A DNA stretch of 55,559 nucleotides from a virus (lineage: Duplodnaviria; Caudoviricetes). A program made the position numbers and the translations under genes. This document shows positions 1 to 8,954 of this stretch, in pieces. Position 1 is the first letter of the stretch. The number at the start of each line of letters is the position of its first letter. Below the pieces are notes generated by a model. The model was given only the letters and a program-made list of their open reading frames with translations, did not search any database and was not told where the DNA came from. Where the stretch lies: positions 1 through 55,559 of IMG/VR virus record IMGVR_UViG_3300037440_000150; one strand, given 5' to 3'.

Positions 1-127
1 GGCTCCTCGCTCGCCAGCCTGGTCAGGCACGCCGTCACTTGATCGAACCCCAGGCCGATCTTGTCCACGTCACGCTCGAATGAGTCGAACATCTCCTCGG
101 CCCAGCCCCAACGCTTGTGCGTGATCG
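1..127 (+). repeat. Terminal overlap identical to 55433-55559 (assembly circularisation)
   Basis: Direct base identity over 127 nt, a common assembler k-mer length. Confidence 0.95.
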
Positions 128-185
128 CGGGGAAGAGCCGAATCACCAGCGATATCAGGCTTGACCGAGTCGCTTCTTCACCCAT
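1..185 (-). CDS. 5' part of junction-spanning hypothetical protein (185->1 joined to 55432->55123, 164 aa), possibly replication accessory
   Basis: ATG at 185 opens MGEEATRSSLISLVIRLFPAITHKRWGWAEE in frame with MFDSFERD of ORF 55123..55524; lies directly downstream of the initiator. Confidence 0.75.
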   Translation of the reverse strand, partial: MGEEATRSSLISLVIRLFPAITHKRWGWAEEMFDSFERDVDKIGLGFDQVTACLTRLASEE

Positions 186-907
186 GGCGCTACGTCGTCC
201 TCTCTGAGCTGGCCGCCCCGCCTGATGTCCGATTTCTCCCAGGTCCGCACCGCTGCCTTCCAGTCCTTGATGGGCTTGCCCCTGGTGCCCTGAACCCAGC
301 CGTTCGCCGTGTAGAAGTCCACGAACGTCTCGGCATCGACTTCGTTTGACCGCTCGTTGCAGTAGGCCGCGACTTCTTGAACAGTCGGCTTCTGAAAGCG
401 CTGCGCGCGCTCGCGCTTCTTGTCTTTGTCTTGCGCCTTCTCTGATGCCTTACCGTCTGGTTGAATTGCGCCTTGAAAAGACAGTCCCCCCAGCCCCCCA
501 TTCGGAGGTTTCGGTCCCAGCGTGGGACCGTTTTGCGTGTTTTCAGCCCCTTTCGGTCCCAGCGTGGGACCGGGCGGTTGCCGCGCCCCGTCCATCGGTC
601 CCAGCGTGGGACCGCCCAATGCAGTCCCAGGATGGGACCGGGCGTGCAGCCAGTCGGCCACTATGAGATTCGTGAGTTGCGATTTCGTCAGTCCGGCGCG
701 GGAGCACATCGGCTCCATCTCGGCGGCGTTCTGCTCGGTCAACCGAATCCGAATCTCAGCCATGCGGCCGTCCCTGGCGCAAGAGGCCACCCATCCTGGA
801 GCCGTCGCAGGGACAGGATGGGCGGCCAAGATCAGACCTGGGGGGCTTGCGACGGCTCCCTGACCGCAGACACTACACAAGACCACGATCGTAGTCAAGC
901 TGGCCAT
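155..907 (-). CDS. Phage replication initiator (replisome-organiser-like); start 907 or 763
   Basis: C-terminal FQKPTVQEVAAYC...FVDFYTANGW...IKDWKAAVRTWEK domain typical of phage replication proteins; internal iteron-like repeats. Confidence 0.75.
   Translation of the reverse strand: MASLTTIVVLCSVCGQGAVASPPGLILAAHPVPATAPGWVASCARDGRMAEIRIRLTEQNAAEMEPMCSRAGLTKSQLTNLIVADWLHARSHPGTALGGPTLGPMDGARQPPGPTLGPKGAENTQNGPTLGPKPPNGGLGGLSFQGAIQPDGKASEKAQDKDKKRERAQRFQKPTVQEVAAYCNERSNEVDAETFVDFYTANGWVQGTRGKPIKDWKAAVRTWEKSDIRRGGQLREDDVAPWVKKRLGQA
512..640. repeat. Palindromic iterons, putative replication origin
   Basis: CGGTCCCAGCGTGGGACCG at 512, 554 and 596 (42-bp spacing) plus a degenerate copy at 622, inside the initiator gene. 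Confidence 0.75.
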
Positions 908-1170
908 CAGGTCGCCTCGATCTCGGATTCGTGACAGGTGGCAGTGCGACCGTTTGCGAGCTGTTCGAGCATGTACCGACCTTGCCGGCAACGAGTGAAC
1001 CGCCTCCCGTCGTAGTAGAGCCGATCGTTGACCAGCCTCCCGGGACGACGCTCCATAACTACCCAGATTTCAGACGTTTGCGCGACTCCAGGCACGATCT
1101 CGCCGTCAATGACTCTCGGCGGGTCGTTCTGGCGGAATCGCACCGTTGCGCCGACTGGAAGGGCGTTCAC
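907..1170 (-). CDS. Hypothetical protein
   Basis: ORF with overlapping start/stop coupling in early operon. Confidence 0.6.
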   Translation of the reverse strand: MNALPVGATVRFRQNDPPRVIDGEIVPGVAQTSEIWVVMERRPGRLVNDRLYYDGRRFTRCRQGRYMLEQLANGRTATCHESEIEAT

Positions 1171-1376
1171 TTGCTGTCCGCCTTTCCGAGCGCAATCAGG
1201 GCCTCTGCGCGCGACAGGTCGAACCAGACTCGACGCAGCGTCCGCATTTCGAGCGAGTTTGGAGCACGAGCCTCATTGGTGTAAGTCAGGCATTGGATCA
1301 ACTCGTCCAGATCGGCTTCCGCCGACGCCACGAGCCTGTCGATTTCCGCGCGCCGCTCAGTCAGATTCATCGCCAT
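1167..1376 (-). CDS. Hypothetical protein
   Basis: AGGAG RBS, coupled to next ORF. Confidence 0.65.
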   Translation of the reverse strand: MAMNLTERRAEIDRLVASAEADLDELIQCLTYTNEARAPNSLEMRTLRRVWFDLSRAEALIALGKADSK

Positions 1377-1388
1377 CGTCGTCTCCTG

Positions 1389-1646
1389 TCAAATGGTGGC
1401 GGGGGGTTGGCCCGGATGGGTGATGAGGCGGCCCACGTCGTCGAATGAGAATGCGCCGCTGAGGTTCGCACCGCCAATGAAATAGACGCGGCCGGAGCGA
1501 TTGAACTGCATGATCTGCTTTGACGCTCCGTGTTGATCCTGGCCACACAAGGTGACATCCCCGCCGCGTACCTCAAGCCACAGCGTTACTTCCGCCTCTT
1601 TCGTTATTGGGTCGAGTTGTCTGTTCTCTCGTACTCGCAGCTTCAT
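1389..1646 (-). CDS. Hypothetical protein
   Basis: AGGAG RBS before ATG 1646. Confidence 0.6.
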   Translation of the reverse strand: MKLRVRENRQLDPITKEAEVTLWLEVRGGDVTLCGQDQHGASKQIMQFNRSGRVYFIGGANLSGAFSFDDVGRLITHPGQPPATI

Positions 1647-1657
1647 GGGGTCTCCTG

Positions 1658-2302
1658 TCAAAACGGTTGGTCTTCGTCTACCTCATGCACCGGCGGCTTC
1701 ACGCCGAGCCGCGTCATCGCCGCATCCATCTCCGCGAGGAACTGATCGACCGCATCGCTCAGCGCCGCGATGAACGCCTCGTCACGCTCGACGCGCACCA
1801 CGACCTGATCGAAGGCCGGGTTGTACGCGAGCATCGCGCACCAATCGAGCTCGCACACCCACAACTGGCCTTGCACCTGGCACCGATGCGCTGCCACGAG
1901 CGAGTCGGGATCGCGCAGGTAGCCCATGTGCGTGTGCGCTGCCGGGCATTTGATCTCAAGCAGTCCGTCGTCCTCGACGAGCCGATCGGGGCTCGCGCCA
2001 ACTCGGCCGTCGTCACGCAGCACGAGTCCGACAGTCTTGACCTCTACCTCGCGGTCGAACGCGAACCACGCCGCTGCCTCCCGCTCCATCTTCGAGCCGC
2101 GCTCCATGAACTTCGAGGAACCGTCGTCGATGGGGTGGCCGAGACTGATCTCCGCGAGGAGCCGGTCCATGAGCGGGCCTGCCGACGCGCTACGCTTGAG
2201 CGTTCGCGGGGTAATCACCTTGTCGAAGCAGGAACTGGTCAGCACGCCGACGCGGGCCTGTCGCCACTCTTCCGAGCCTTGGGCGCAGTCGAGAATCCTC
2301 AT
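1658..2302 (-). CDS. YqaJ/lambda-type exonuclease
   Basis: QGSEEWRQAR...TSS, GASPDRLV, LEIKCP, QVQGQLWV motifs. Confidence 0.92.
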   Translation of the reverse strand: MRILDCAQGSEEWRQARVGVLTSSCFDKVITPRTLKRSASAGPLMDRLLAEISLGHPIDDGSSKFMERGSKMEREAAAWFAFDREVEVKTVGLVLRDDGRVGASPDRLVEDDGLLEIKCPAAHTHMGYLRDPDSLVAAHRCQVQGQLWVCELDWCAMLAYNPAFDQVVVRVERDEAFIAALSDAVDQFLAEMDAAMTRLGVKPPVHEVDEDQPF

Positions 2303-3081
2303 GCCGAGTCCTGCTTCCTGCGCTTCTTCTCAATCGCGGCGATCGCTTCCTTGAACCGAGAGACCGGCATCTTCTCGACCGACTCCACGCCCATGTATTC
2401 GAGGAATACCTTGCGGTCGGCCTTCAGCTCATCGAGCATCGCGTTGATGTTCGCGGCCTGGTGCTCGGTGATTGTCTCGGCGCTGCCGCTGGCTTCGTTC
2501 CCGTCGTTGTCGTCATCAACGGTGGTCAGTCCGAGCGCGTTGACCAGCGTGTAACGGCGCAGATACGTGTTCACGATCGCGTACAACTGCTGCGGGGACG
2601 CGCCAGCCTTGCTCTCCAGCGGAAACTTCATCGACGAAGCCTCCGAGTGACTTCCGACGTGGCTGACGATGCACGCCAGCTCCATGAAGCCATCGCTGAT
2701 CGTGTAGTCGGACCATCGGAAGTCGAGCCCGTGCTTGGCGAGGGCGGGCCTGATCGTGGAGCCGATGTCTTCAAGCGATGCGAACTTGCTCGCTACCTTG
2801 CGGCCGTCTCTGGTCACGCTGAACTGCGGGTTCTCGGATCGACGCGGGATAGGCGGGCACTCGGCCTTGAACTTCGCCATCGCCTCGTGGAACTCGCCGC
2901 GTGCCCGGTTCGCCTGCATCCGCTCGTGGAGCGCGACGAGCCGTTCCAGCGATTCCGTCTTGTCGCTCTTGAGCGCGATCTCCATGAGGCGCTCGATAGA
3001 GGGCTCGGCTCTGGCGAGCGCAGTGTCGTCTCTCTGAGCAAGCGGGGTGTCCGCATCAACAATCTCGATCTCGTCGGTCAT
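2299..3081 (-). CDS. ERF-family ssDNA annealing protein
   Basis: KFASLEDI...PALAKHGL, PQQ...TYLRRY...LGL...DDDNDG motifs; adjacent to exonuclease; GGAGG RBS. Confidence 0.85.
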   Translation of the reverse strand: MTDEIEIVDADTPLAQRDDTALARAEPSIERLMEIALKSDKTESLERLVALHERMQANRARGEFHEAMAKFKAECPPIPRRSENPQFSVTRDGRKVASKFASLEDIGSTIRPALAKHGLDFRWSDYTISDGFMELACIVSHVGSHSEASSMKFPLESKAGASPQQLYAIVNTYLRRYTLVNALGLTTVDDDNDGNEASGSAETITEHQAANINAMLDELKADRKVFLEYMGVESVEKMPVSRFKEAIAAIEKKRRKQDSA

Positions 3082-3611
3082 GGCGCCTCCTGTGGAACTT
3101 GAACGAGCGTGACATCGGAGTAGACGCGAAACACCGGCATGAGCAGTGCGTCGGTCTTGTCGTCGAACACCACGCGGACGGCGCATTCGGCGGGCTTAGC
3201 CACGCGGGGATAGACCGTCCCGCCGTGCCGAATCACGATGGCGAGGTACTTCTCGGACAACCCCACGCACCCGAAGTCGAAGCAGCGCCATTTGCGTTCG
3301 GTCAATCCCGTGTCATCACACTGGTCACACCCTACGCCCTTGCATTCAGAGCACTGGATCGGCGTGGCGTCGCTCTCGAACTGTTCCGGCATCACCAGCG
3401 CCTTAGTGGAATACACAGCGTCCCAAGGCAGCTCGTTGATTGGAGGTACGACCATTTCTGGCTTCTGAGCCGACGTCTCGTGTCGCGTTCGGACACAGAT
3501 TCGGCCATCGGTCGCGTAGGTGGTAGTCCCGTCCTTCCACGGCTTGTCAATCGCGTACCGGCCAGATTCGACCGCGCAGCAATCCTTGAGCAGCGATTCG
3601 ATGTCGATCAT
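3078..3611 (-). CDS. Sliding-clamp (beta)-like fragment with CxxC zinc-finger insert
   Basis: ESGRYAI...ATDGRI and C-terminal LLMPV recall beta-clamp motifs; CSECKGVGCDQCDDTG insert. Confidence 0.5.
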   Translation of the reverse strand: MIDIESLLKDCCAVESGRYAIDKPWKDGTTTYATDGRICVRTRHETSAQKPEMVVPPINELPWDAVYSTKALVMPEQFESDATPIQCSECKGVGCDQCDDTGLTERKWRCFDFGCVGLSEKYLAIVIRHGGTVYPRVAKPAECAVRVVFDDKTDALLMPVFRVYSDVTLVQVPQEAP

Positions 3612-4096
3612 GGCGCCACCCTTTCGGCCAGCACCGGCGCGGGCTCGTCGAGGTACTGGCCGGTCGGGTCGTACATGAGCACGACGTCGCGGATGCGTTT
3701 CGCGGCCATTGCGGGGGTGATGTCCTTGTCTTCGACGTTGAACTCATCTCTGTAGCCGGGAATACCTGTAACCAAGTTCCCGAAACCGTTGGTAATCCAA
3801 TATGCCAATGTGTAGTCGATCCCAAAGAATCTGGCGAATGCGAGTACGCCATGTCGTCTATCAAACCACACTAAGCCGTCATCTATGATCCAGCCCTCTC
3901 CGGCATAGACCGTCGCGGCCCACCCGCACGCGCACCCAGCGGTGCCGCACCGCGTCGCGGTTGCATCCTCGCTCACCCATCTCGGCATATGGAACCGTCG
4001 GTGCGGCAAATCGTCGAGGAAGTTGGCCAGCGCGGCGAGCTTTCGTAGCTGCACCGGCGACGGCGTGCATTTCGGTTGGAACTGTGCGTTGGTCAT
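3608..4096 (-). CDS. Hypothetical phage protein (CGTxxCxxGW type)
   Basis: CGTAGCACGWAA motif; coupled ORF. Confidence 0.65.
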   Translation of the reverse strand: MTNAQFQPKCTPSPVQLRKLAALANFLDDLPHRRFHMPRWVSEDATATRCGTAGCACGWAATVYAGEGWIIDDGLVWFDRRHGVLAFARFFGIDYTLAYWITNGFGNLVTGIPGYRDEFNVEDKDITPAMAAKRIRDVVLMYDPTGQYLDEPAPVLAERVAP

Positions 4097-4338
4097 CGCG
4101 TGGCGTCCTGTTTGGGCAGGTTGAGGAAGATCGCGAGTTCCGAAACATCCAAGTCGTCGAACCGCTGTTCGTACACGTATTGCATCCGGTCCTTCAGTAC
4201 CGCACGCTTCACATAGCCACGCTCATCGGCTCCGGGCTCTTCCGTGCCGATGTAGTGATCGTCCAACTCCGGCCACGTTCGGCGTTGCGTCACAGTGAGT
4301 ACGTACTCGTACCGCTCTTCAAGGCCACCGTCATTCAT
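4093..4338 (-). CDS. Hypothetical protein
   Basis: AAGGAG RBS, ATGA coupling. Confidence 0.55.
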   Translation of the reverse strand: MNDGGLEERYEYVLTVTQRRTWPELDDHYIGTEEPGADERGYVKRAVLKDRMQYVYEQRFDDLDVSELAIFLNLPKQDATR

Positions 4339-4885
4339 CGCTTGCTCCTTCCGTGGCTTCGCAAGCGGCCTCGTATTCCGCCTTGGCCGCAGCCACAATC
4401 GAGGCGATGCGTTTGTCCAGGTAGCGGAGCACGCACGACTTGACCGCTTCGCCGACTACACGGCTGCCAGAGTAGGTGATGGCACCCCCAGACCCATTCT
4501 CAGTGACGCAGACGGCCGACCTCACGAAGGCCTGGTCCAGATCATGCTCCCGCGAGTACCCACCTTCATCCGTGAAGATCCGCGGGGTCGGGCCTGAGCA
4601 ACACCATTCGCACGCGGCGAGCGCCGCCCGCTTCTCGCGTAGGGCCTTCAACTCGTCAAGCATTCCCATCTTCATGTCCTTTCTCGCCGGAGCGGCGCCG
4701 CCGAACGCCCGCGCTATCACGCGCAGCATTGCCGCGTGCATCGGGTCGGTCGAGTCCTGTGCCTGACGCTCCAGGTCGTCGCTCACCGTCTCGTCGAACC
4801 GCCGCGCGTCACGCTCGATCTGCTCCTCGGTCGCGGTCGGTGGCGGGAAGGGGTCTGGCACGTCGCGCCATGTTGAGCCTTCCAT
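4331..4885 (-). CDS. Hypothetical protein (alternative start about 4669)
   Basis: GGAGG RBS before ATG 4885; open frame. Confidence 0.5.
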   Translation of the reverse strand: MEGSTWRDVPDPFPPPTATEEQIERDARRFDETVSDDLERQAQDSTDPMHAAMLRVIARAFGGAAPARKDMKMGMLDELKALREKRAALAACEWCCSGPTPRIFTDEGGYSREHDLDQAFVRSAVCVTENGSGGAITYSGSRVVGEAVKSCVLRYLDKRIASIVAAAKAEYEAACEATEGASDE

Positions 4886-4962
4886 GCTGCCTCCAGTCCG
4901 CGAACATTTGTCGCATGCCACGCCGGTCGTCCTCATGTTACTTGAACTCTGGACGCGACGAT

Positions 4963-5805
4963 TCACATGGCCCCCGGGTAGTCGATTCGATTGCTTGTGT
5001 GCCGCCGGTGGTTTAGGATCATCGCTACCCCGATAGCACACATACGATCACCGCCCTTCCCGTGAAGGGAGGAAGCTTCCGCGATCTTCTTGAGTATGGC
5101 AGATTGCCCAACATCGGAGAGTTTGGAGATGCTTTCGCGGTCCACAATAGACCATCTTGAGTCCTTGTCGAGGAGCCAACGCTCCAGCGTGAATAGGCCC
5201 TGAACCAGCCGATTGTGAATGGGTTGGGGACGGCAAACGACCGCAGCGACCCGCAGCGATTTCCTCAATCGCACTTTGTCTGCGGCGTAGTACTTTTCAA
5301 GCAATGACACACAAGAAATGCTTTCGAGCATCTTGGAGGGGCCTATTCTGTAGCCGACTTCTTCGACAAGCGCCTTGATGTCCAGTGCTGTTGGATCTTG
5401 GGCGACAAGTTTCGCTTTGAACTTCTCAAGCGTCCTGATGTTGCCGCGAACTGTGTTCGCGCGAACAAAGCCCATGGCCTCATCCTTGACATCATGGACA
5501 CGAAACACGATGCAGGCCAGCATCGTTATTTCGTCTCTCTTGTCGGCCGCCAACTTCCTGTGCTGTCCGTCGACTACGTAGTACGTCCCGTCACTTCTCT
5601 GAACAACAATCAGCGCGCCACAGGCTAGATAGGACCAATCGCGCGCAATGTCTACAACTCTCCGATTCGATGTTATGCTTCGTTGGTAGAGATCATCGAC
5701 ATGTAGAATGTTCTTGGGGAGGTATTCGAGTTCGCCCTTATTGTCGACGATGTTCCACCCGTAGCGCTTTGCCCTGTCTAGCATCTTCGCGTCTAACGCT
5801 GTCAT
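4963..5805 (-). CDS. ParB/Srx-like (DGQHR motif) protein
   Basis: VDDLYQR...GALIV...YYVVDGQHRKLAA; GGAGG RBS; visibly lower GC. Confidence 0.75.
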   Translation of the reverse strand: MTALDAKMLDRAKRYGWNIVDNKGELEYLPKNILHVDDLYQRSITSNRRVVDIARDWSYLACGALIVVQRSDGTYYVVDGQHRKLAADKRDEITMLACIVFRVHDVKDEAMGFVRANTVRGNIRTLEKFKAKLVAQDPTALDIKALVEEVGYRIGPSKMLESISCVSLLEKYYAADKVRLRKSLRVAAVVCRPQPIHNRLVQGLFTLERWLLDKDSRWSIVDRESISKLSDVGQSAILKKIAEASSLHGKGGDRMCAIGVAMILNHRRHTSNRIDYPGAM

Positions 5806-5939
5806 TTATGCCTCCAGTCAGAGTGTCAGAGAGACCGCGAGCGCCACCAGCACGCCCGCAAACGCGATGGCGGCCAGGAGCGCGTCCGTGCGCACTTGGC
5901 GACTCGTTCGCCCCTGACCGCCTTTCACGAGAGGAGAGA

Positions 5940-6149
5940 TCACTTGAGCCCCCGGATGACGCGGGAAGCCTTTTCCTCGGGCAGCGTCTCCAGCCACAAG
6001 ATCGCGGCACTCACGACCCGCACCTGGGTTGTGGCGTGACTCGCGGCCAGCGTCTTGACGGCTTGGTGGGCCGCCGCCCCGATCCGCAGTTGGTGTCCGC
6101 CGTTGCGCCCTCCGGGGTCGCGGGCGGGCTGTTTCCGGTGTCTCGGCAT
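5940..6149 (-). CDS. Small ribbon-helix-helix-like regulator (Cro-position)
   Basis: HQLRI strand then two helices; first gene of the leftward early operon, divergent from 6297. Confidence 0.55.
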   Translation of the reverse strand: MPRHRKQPARDPGGRNGGHQLRIGAAAHQAVKTLAASHATTQVRVVSAAILWLETLPEEKASRVIRGLK

Positions 6150-6164
6150 GGTGGCCTCCGTTCA

Positions 6165-6257
6165 GTAGCCAAAGCCTAGTCGATGTGGTTATCGGTAGTC
6201 AAGCGTGGCGTCTCGTGGTGGATAGCTTGTGGATTGTGGTCCGTAGTGGCTTATACT
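6165..6257. promoter_or_regulatory. Divergent switch region: leftward promoter TTGACT-N18-TAGGCT (6202-6173), rightward -10 TATACT (6252-6257), 10-bp-phased GTRGY boxes
   Basis: GTRGY at 6165, 6185, 6195, 6205, 6215, 6236, 6246. Confidence 0.6.
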
Positions 6258-6296
6258 TGGGGCGCTGTGAGGATGGGCTTTGAGAGGGTCTCACCT

Positions 6297-6542
6297 ATGG
6301 CTAGATCGAAGAAGGCGGCTGCTTCTAGCAAGCCGGGGAAGCCGCGAAATATCCGAAACTTGGAGTTCGCGGATAAGGCGTTCGAGACCATTCAGCGATG
6401 GCACCGGCAGACCAAAATACCCCAGAAGGTCATTGCCAGCCGGATCATCGAGGAGTTTGCTGAGCGTCCGGAGGAGGAACAGCGGGCGTTCATGCTGAGG
6501 CTGACAAATCTCGACGACAAAGCCAACGGAGAAAACGATTAG
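6297..6542 (+). CDS. Ribbon-helix-helix-like repressor candidate
   Basis: Lone plus-strand gene between the early operon and attP; basic N-terminus, RNLEF strand plus helices; resembles 5940..6149. Confidence 0.55.
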   Translation: MARSKKAAASSKPGKPRNIRNLEFADKAFETIQRWHRQTKIPQKVIASRIIEEFAERPEEEQRAFMLRLTNLDDKANGEND

Positions 6543-6543
6543 C

Positions 6544-6771
6544 GTTGGCACGATTGTTGGCACGATCCGGAGTGGTTTTTCGTAGTCCCTGTATTCCACA
6601 ATGGACCACAACCCCGTAAAAACGTGCATTCAAGAGTCTGAGGTGGGTCTGGCGTCCAGCTTCCCAAGCTGAATGTCGTGGGTTCGACTCCCTTCACCCG
6701 CTCTTGCAAGACAACGACTTACGAAGCGCCCGATTCAGAATCACCCCGAGTTGGCACGATGTTGGCACGAT
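6544..6771 (+). other. attP: attP: tRNA-Gly(CCC) 3'-half core (about 6657-6703) flanked by paired arm-type repeats
   Basis: CAGC-TTCCCAA-GCTG anticodon arm, GTGGGTTCGACTCCC T-arm, CACCCGCT acceptor strand; GTTGGCACGAT at 6544, 6556, 6750, 6761; near the integrase. Confidence 0.85.
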
Positions 6772-7367
6772 TCGGTGCCGTCATGGGGTTTCTTGCCGAG
6801 TACGGCGTCGAGTCGATCGGCGGTGATTTTGAGCTGGCGTATCTCGTGTTCTCGTACGGTCGAGGGGATCTCGTGGTTGATTGCCGCCGCTTCAAGGGCG
6901 CGTTGGTAATCGCGCCGCGCAGCCTCGCACGCCTCCCTCAGCGCGTCACGTTCAACCTTCAGCGCGTCGCGCTCGACAAGCAGAGCACTTACCCTGGATG
7001 CGTTGACAGAAGCGAGAGACAACATGTCGGGGTTATAGGCCCGCATCGTATCGATGGACCGTCTCAAATCCGTCCACCTGTCGTCAGTCATGACCATGGC
7101 CTTGGCTTGCTCAATCTGGCGCTCGATGTCCAGTGGCGTCGTGTGTCGCATCGGGTCTTCCATGCTCGTCTCCTCTTGGTTGAGTTTTCCCCATCGCTGT
7201 TGGGGGGTGAGTTCTTTCCGTTTGACTGTCTTGACACAGCCATCGCATGATGGGCTGAAGCATTGCCAACGCTCCGAAACAATGCCTGGGTCCATGAGCA
7301 GCTTCACGACGCTCACGCGCACCATCAGCTTTCCGCACTTGTAGCACGTAATTGGACTCGCCATCAT
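6741..7367 (-). CDS. Hypothetical protein (N-terminal zinc ribbon, C-terminal coiled coil)
   Basis: CYKCG...WQCFSPSC; coupled to integrase stop. Confidence 0.5.
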   Translation of the reverse strand: MMASPITCYKCGKLMVRVSVVKLLMDPGIVSERWQCFSPSCDGCVKTVKRKELTPQQRWGKLNQEETSMEDPMRHTTPLDIERQIEQAKAMVMTDDRWTDLRRSIDTMRAYNPDMLSLASVNASRVSALLVERDALKVERDALREACEAARRDYQRALEAAAINHEIPSTVREHEIRQLKITADRLDAVLGKKPHDGTESCQHRANSG

Positions 7368-8497
7368 CGCGTCTCCTGTGTTGAACCCATCTGCATCGGT
7401 GTCCCGTACCCCAACCGCCTCGCCGCCTCGCGCTCTTCCTCGATGTATTCGATCGGCTGCGCGATGTAGTGCCGCATCAGCGTCTCCACCCGATCCCCGA
7501 TCCACTCCGACACGAACGGGACCGGGAACATCCCCACCCACGTAGACGCCCGCCACTTCCGCAACGTGTGGAACGGCTTGGCGTAGACCTCGAGTCCGGC
7601 CTTCTGCACGAGGCCGGGTATGTGGCGGTCCAGGTCAGTGCCGGGTATCCCGACGACCTTTCCGACCATGGCGCGGTGCAGGTCGCGGGCTCCCAGGTCG
7701 CCGACGATCAGCTCACCCTCGGCTTCGTCGCGCAGTTCCAGCAGGATTCGCTCCAGCACCGGGCTCATGTAGACCTCGCGTCGCCGCCGCTTCGTCCCTG
7801 TGAGGCCCTCAGAGTCCCACACGGCGATTCTGGCGCGGTCCCAGTAGATGTGGTCCCATCGGGCCTCCCTCGCCTCCAGGTCGCGTCTCATGCCTCCCAG
7901 GGAGCACAGGGCGAGCAGGGCCCGCCATGCAGGGGACGGGGCGGAGTCGATGAGCCGGAGCACCTCCTCGCCAGTGTGCATCTTCCAGGGCCGCTCAGAC
8001 TTCCTGGCCGAGCCCACGAGGTGCCGCCAAGGGTTCTCGTGGATGAGCTTCCGATCCACCGCCCAGCTCAGGATCACCTTGGCGTTTCGGACGTGGGCGC
8101 AGACGGTCTGGGCCCCGAGTCCCTTCTCGCGCAGGTGCGTCACCCAGCGGTCGCCGTCGTGGGGCGTGAGCGATCGCAGTCGGGCCTTGTCGCCGACCAC
8201 CTCGCGCATGTACGAGATCGTCGTCTCGTGCATCGTCCGCGTGCCCGCCGCCAGATCAGACCGCATCGCGACGTAGCGCTCACACCACTGGCTCAGCGTC
8301 ATCGGCGCCGACGGCGCCACCCAGCCAGCGTTCAGCTTGGCGGCGAGTTCCTGGCACCAAGCCAGCGCCTCGCGATTCGTCATGCCGGACGTGAGGCCAC
8401 CACTCTTGAAGCCTCGTCGGCCAAGGTGGTCGGTCCAGTGTGCGCGCCAGTAGACGCGGCCCTTGGTGCGGTTGGTTCCGAGGCGGACGACGATCAT
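7364..8497 (-). CDS. int: Tyrosine integrase
   Basis: N-terminal arm-binding and SAM-like domains; GMRR, FHTLRK, WIGD...RHY catalytic motifs. Confidence 0.92.
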   Translation of the reverse strand: MIVVRLGTNRTKGRVYWRAHWTDHLGRRGFKSGGLTSGMTNREALAWCQELAAKLNAGWVAPSAPMTLSQWCERYVAMRSDLAAGTRTMHETTISYMREVVGDKARLRSLTPHDGDRWVTHLREKGLGAQTVCAHVRNAKVILSWAVDRKLIHENPWRHLVGSARKSERPWKMHTGEEVLRLIDSAPSPAWRALLALCSLGGMRRDLEAREARWDHIYWDRARIAVWDSEGLTGTKRRRREVYMSPVLERILLELRDEAEGELIVGDLGARDLHRAMVGKVVGIPGTDLDRHIPGLVQKAGLEVYAKPFHTLRKWRASTWVGMFPVPFVSEWIGDRVETLMRHYIAQPIEYIEEEREAARRLGYGTPMQMGSTQETR

Positions 8498-8673
8498 GAT
8501 TTCCTACGCTCAATCGCCTCGTTGATCGCCACAATGAGCGCGTCGGCCATGTAGACGCGCCGACCGCCCTTGGGCTTCAACAGCTTGGCGAGCCTCGCTA
8601 GTTGCTTGCGCGTGCCTTTGCGTGCCGCGAGCATTTCGGTGCCGCCGGACAGTCCCGCGTTCGACTTCGTCAT
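8494..8673 (-). CDS. 59-aa basic protein, excisionase/RHH candidate (not in ORF track)
   Basis: MTKSNAGLSGGTEMLAARKGTRKQLARLAKLL...ERRKS; ATGA overlap with integrase start. Confidence 0.5.
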   Translation of the reverse strand: MTKSNAGLSGGTEMLAARKGTRKQLARLAKLLKPKGGRRVYMADALIVAINEAIERRKS

Positions 8674-8954
8674 GGTGTAGCTCCCTCACCCCTCGCCTGA
8701 CGATGGGCCCGGAAGGCTTCGCCTATGACAACAGCGATTGCCCTGTCAGCCTTGAGTCGCTGACTGAGTCTCATTGATTTCGTGTCCTCAATGACTCTGA
8801 GAGCGCGTTCCACCAGCCTATCTGCCGCCTCCCTCTCCTCGCGGAGTGCGTCGTCGATGATGGCGGCGGCAGTAGCCTCATCATCAGTTGTCATGAAGGC
8901 GACTGTCTCAGAAATCCTGTTCGCCGCTTCCCTCGCCGCTTTGCTCGCCATCAC
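8670..8954 (-). CDS. Hypothetical protein
   Basis: Coupled ORF chain. Confidence 0.6.
   Translation of the reverse strand: MMASKAAREAANRISETVAFMTTDDEATAAAIIDDALREEREAADRLVERALRVIEDTKSMRLSQRLKADRAIAVVIGEAFRAHRQARGEGATP

Noticed and set aside
1-127. Biological direct terminal repeat
   Set aside because: Length equals a standard assembler k-mer and it falls mid-ORF
6640-6705. Complete tRNA-Gly gene
   Set aside because: No 5' acceptor strand or D-arm upstream; it is an attP core
6732-6742. GATTCAGAATC in attP resembling spacer pair GAGATTCA/GAATCGAT
   Set aside because: Only 11 of 16 bases match and both on the same strand; likely chance. A full self-target search was not possible by eye
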